Shown piece after piece: positions 62,561 to 64,000 of a stretch of 64,000 nt of DNA. Under the pieces are notes generated by a model that saw only the letters and a list, made by a program, of their open reading frames with translations, did no database searches and had not been told where the DNA came from. How positions within the stretch are numbered: position 1 is the first letter of the stretch; every line of letters begins with the position of its first letter. The position numbers were made by a program, and so were the translations under genes. Origin of the DNA: an uncultured Clostridia bacterium (GTDB taxonomy: Bacteria; Bacillota; Clostridia; Christensenellales; Aristaeellaceae); the NCBI GenBank assembly GCA_946543085.1, contig CAMNLM010000002.1, forward strand, positions 20,780-84,779. Reading direction: 5' to 3'.

Positions 62561-63442
62561 TCACTCTTTCCCGAACACCTGCTTCTGCAGCCTGATCCCC
62601 GTCGGGGTGGCGGCGAGGCCGCCGCGGGCGGTCTCCTTCAGCGTATCGGACATGGCGTCGCCGACCTTGCGCATGGCGTCGAGGCACTCGTCCGCGGGGA
62701 TGCGCGCCTCGATGCCCGCGAGCGCCAGATCCGCGCTGGAAAAGGCGATCATCAGGCCGGAGACGTTGCGCTTGATGCAGGGAATCTCCACCAGCCCCGC
62801 GACGGGATCGCATACGAGGCCCATCTGGCTGGCGATGGCGATGGCGCAGGCATCGGCGCACTGCTGCGGCGTGCCGCCGCGGAGCTCCACCAGGGCCGCG
62901 GCGGCCATCGCGGCGGCGCTCCCGCATTCCGCCTGGCAGCCGCCCTGCGCCCCCGCGATGCTGGCCCGCTCGGCGATCACCATGCCGAACGCCCCGGCGG
63001 TGAACATGGACAGAATCACGTCCTTCTCGGGATAGCCCTGATCCTCCCAGAGGGAGACGAGGCAGCCCGGCAGGATGCCGCAGCTGCCGGCGGTCGGCGC
63101 GGCGACAATCCGCCCCATGGACGCGTTGCAGCCTGCCACGGCCAGCGCGCGGGAGATGGCCCGCGACATCAGCGTCCCGCACAGGCCGCCGTTCTGCTCG
63201 GCGTATTGCTTCATCCTGAAGCCCTCGCCGCCCGTCAGGCCGGACATGGAGCGCTGATCCTCCTTCTGCCCGGCCTTCACGGAATCGACCATCACCCGGA
63301 AGTCGAGCTCCATCTTCTCGAAGAGCTCGAGCTCCGTGGTCTCCAGCGCCTCCGCCTGATCCGCCAGCACAATCTCGCTGATCCTCCTGCCCTGCTCCTC
63401 CGCGGCCCGCACGAGGCCGGAGATGGATTCATAGCTCAGCAT
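62561..63442 (-). CDS. sdaAA: L-serine dehydratase, iron-sulfur-dependent, alpha subunit
   Basis: SGLTGGEG ... APTAGSCGILPG ... GGCQAECGSA are characteristic SdaAA blocks. Confidence 0.92.
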   Translation of the reverse strand: MLSYESISGLVRAAEEQGRRISEIVLADQAEALETTELELFEKMELDFRVMVDSVKAGQKEDQRSMSGLTGGEGFRMKQYAEQNGGLCGTLMSRAISRALAVAGCNASMGRIVAAPTAGSCGILPGCLVSLWEDQGYPEKDVILSMFTAGAFGMVIAERASIAGAQGGCQAECGSAAAMAAAALVELRGGTPQQCADACAIAIASQMGLVCDPVAGLVEIPCIKRNVSGLMIAFSSADLALAGIEARIPADECLDAMRKVGDAMSDTLKETARGGLAATPTGIRLQKQVFGKE

Positions 63443-63475
63443 CGGTCTTTTCCTCCCGTTTTTCTGTTCTTCCTG

Positions 63476-64000
63476 TCAGATCTTGCGGATCAGGATCGCG
63501 TTGGTTACATGCTCGATCCTGCGGATCCGGTCCGTCAGGCCCTCCGGGGGCATGCCGTCGATCTCGATGGTCATCAGCGCGTCCCCGCCCTTGGACTGGC
63601 GGGAGAGGTGAAACCTGGAGATGTTCAGGTCCGCGTACTCAAAGTGCATCAGCTGCGTCACCGCCGCGATGACGCCCGGCTTGTCCCGGTGCATCACGAG
63701 GATCGTGTTGTTCTCGCCGTTGAAATCGACGTTCATCCCGTTCACCTGGTGCACCTGGATGTTGCCGCCGCCGATGCTCGCGCCCTGCATGGTGCCCTCG
63801 GTGCCGTCCTCCAGGTAGTAATGGATGCGGGCCGTGTTCGGATGCGCGCCCTTGATGTCTTCCTTGATGAAGCTGTAGTCGATGCCTCGGTTCCTGGCGA
63901 TCTGCAGGGCGTCGCGGATCTCGGGGGAATAGCTGTGATAGCCCATGATCCCGGCCATCAGCGCGCGGTCGGTGCCGTGGCCCCTGTAGGTCTGCGCGAA
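63476..64000 (-). CDS. sdaAB: L-serine dehydratase, iron-sulfur-dependent, beta subunit (N-terminus beyond the window edge)
   Basis: The C-terminal ACT-like domain (NTILVMHRDKPGVIAAVTQ) lies directly upstream of sdaAA. The reading frame stays open to base 64000. Confidence 0.88.
   Translation of the reverse strand, partial: FAQTYRGHGTDRALMAGIMGYHSYSPEIRDALQIARNRGIDYSFIKEDIKGAHPNTARIHYYLEDGTEGTMQGASIGGGNIQVHQVNGMNVDFNGENNTILVMHRDKPGVIAAVTQLMHFEYADLNISRFHLSRQSKGGDALMTIEIDGMPPEGLTDRIRRIEHVTNAILIRKI

Overview
64-kb, very GC-rich and gene-dense bacterial chromosome segment. Hand counts of single 60-nt lines give about 65-80% G+C in most places. The signals look like Firmicutes/Clostridia: GGAGG Shine-Dalgarno sites, TTGACA-17-TATAAT promoters, prmA-rsmE-mtaB synteny and a PrsA-like lipoprotein. 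An Oscillospiraceae-like anaerobe is my inference only.

Main blocks:
(1) 1-2.2 kb: a truncated ABC ATPase and a divergent two-gene corrinoid-domain module.
(2) 2.35-14.39 kb: one promoter-to-terminator ethanolamine-utilisation microcompartment operon. Gene order is eutA-eutB-eutC-eutL, an extended BMC-H, eutE, eutM-eutM, eutT, pduL, eutN, a pduS-like gene, a pduT-like gene and glpQ. It mixes Eut and Pdu parts and contains no recognisable eut regulator.
(3) 14.4-18.1 kb: D-aminoacylase, a glutaredoxin-like protein, a NUDIX hydrolase and a YjbR fusion.
(4) 18.1-26.3 kb: a translationally coupled GH35 / DUF5107-TPR / GH2 trio.
(5) 26.6-29.4 kb: a metallophosphoesterase, a NifX-like/His-Cys/SlyD fusion and idi.
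(6) 29.7-37.8 kb, minus strand: a DtxR-like repressor followed by an FTR1-P19-DUF2318-FtsX-FtsX-ABC iron-uptake operon. One permease carries an FMN-binding domain with a flavinylation motif.
(7) 37.9-40.6 kb: vapBC and a DUF853/HerA-like NTPase.
(8) 40.8-53.8 kb: housekeeping and envelope genes (histidine phosphatase, PrsA-like foldase, HTH+DUF2975, MATE, CpsB-like phosphatase, mtaB-rsmE-prmA, an orphan peptide SBP, a lytic transglycosylase, coaE).
(9) 53.97-54.9 kb: a low-GC DUF3791-DUF3990-DUF3791 cassette.
(10) 55-58.6 kb: rubredoxin, bioY with a BirA-type operator, a flippase and CapA.
(11) 58.7-62.5 kb: a lower-GC accessory cluster of two alpha/beta hydrolases, three GNAT domains and DUF3795.
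(12) 62.5-64 kb: sdaAA and a truncated sdaAB.

I recognised no rRNA, tRNA, CRISPR array, transposase or integrase. The many long antisense ORFs in the track are treated as GC-bias artefacts. Start codons were adjusted by eye from RBS spacing and family N-termini. Every family assignment rests on motifs I could read, not on searches.
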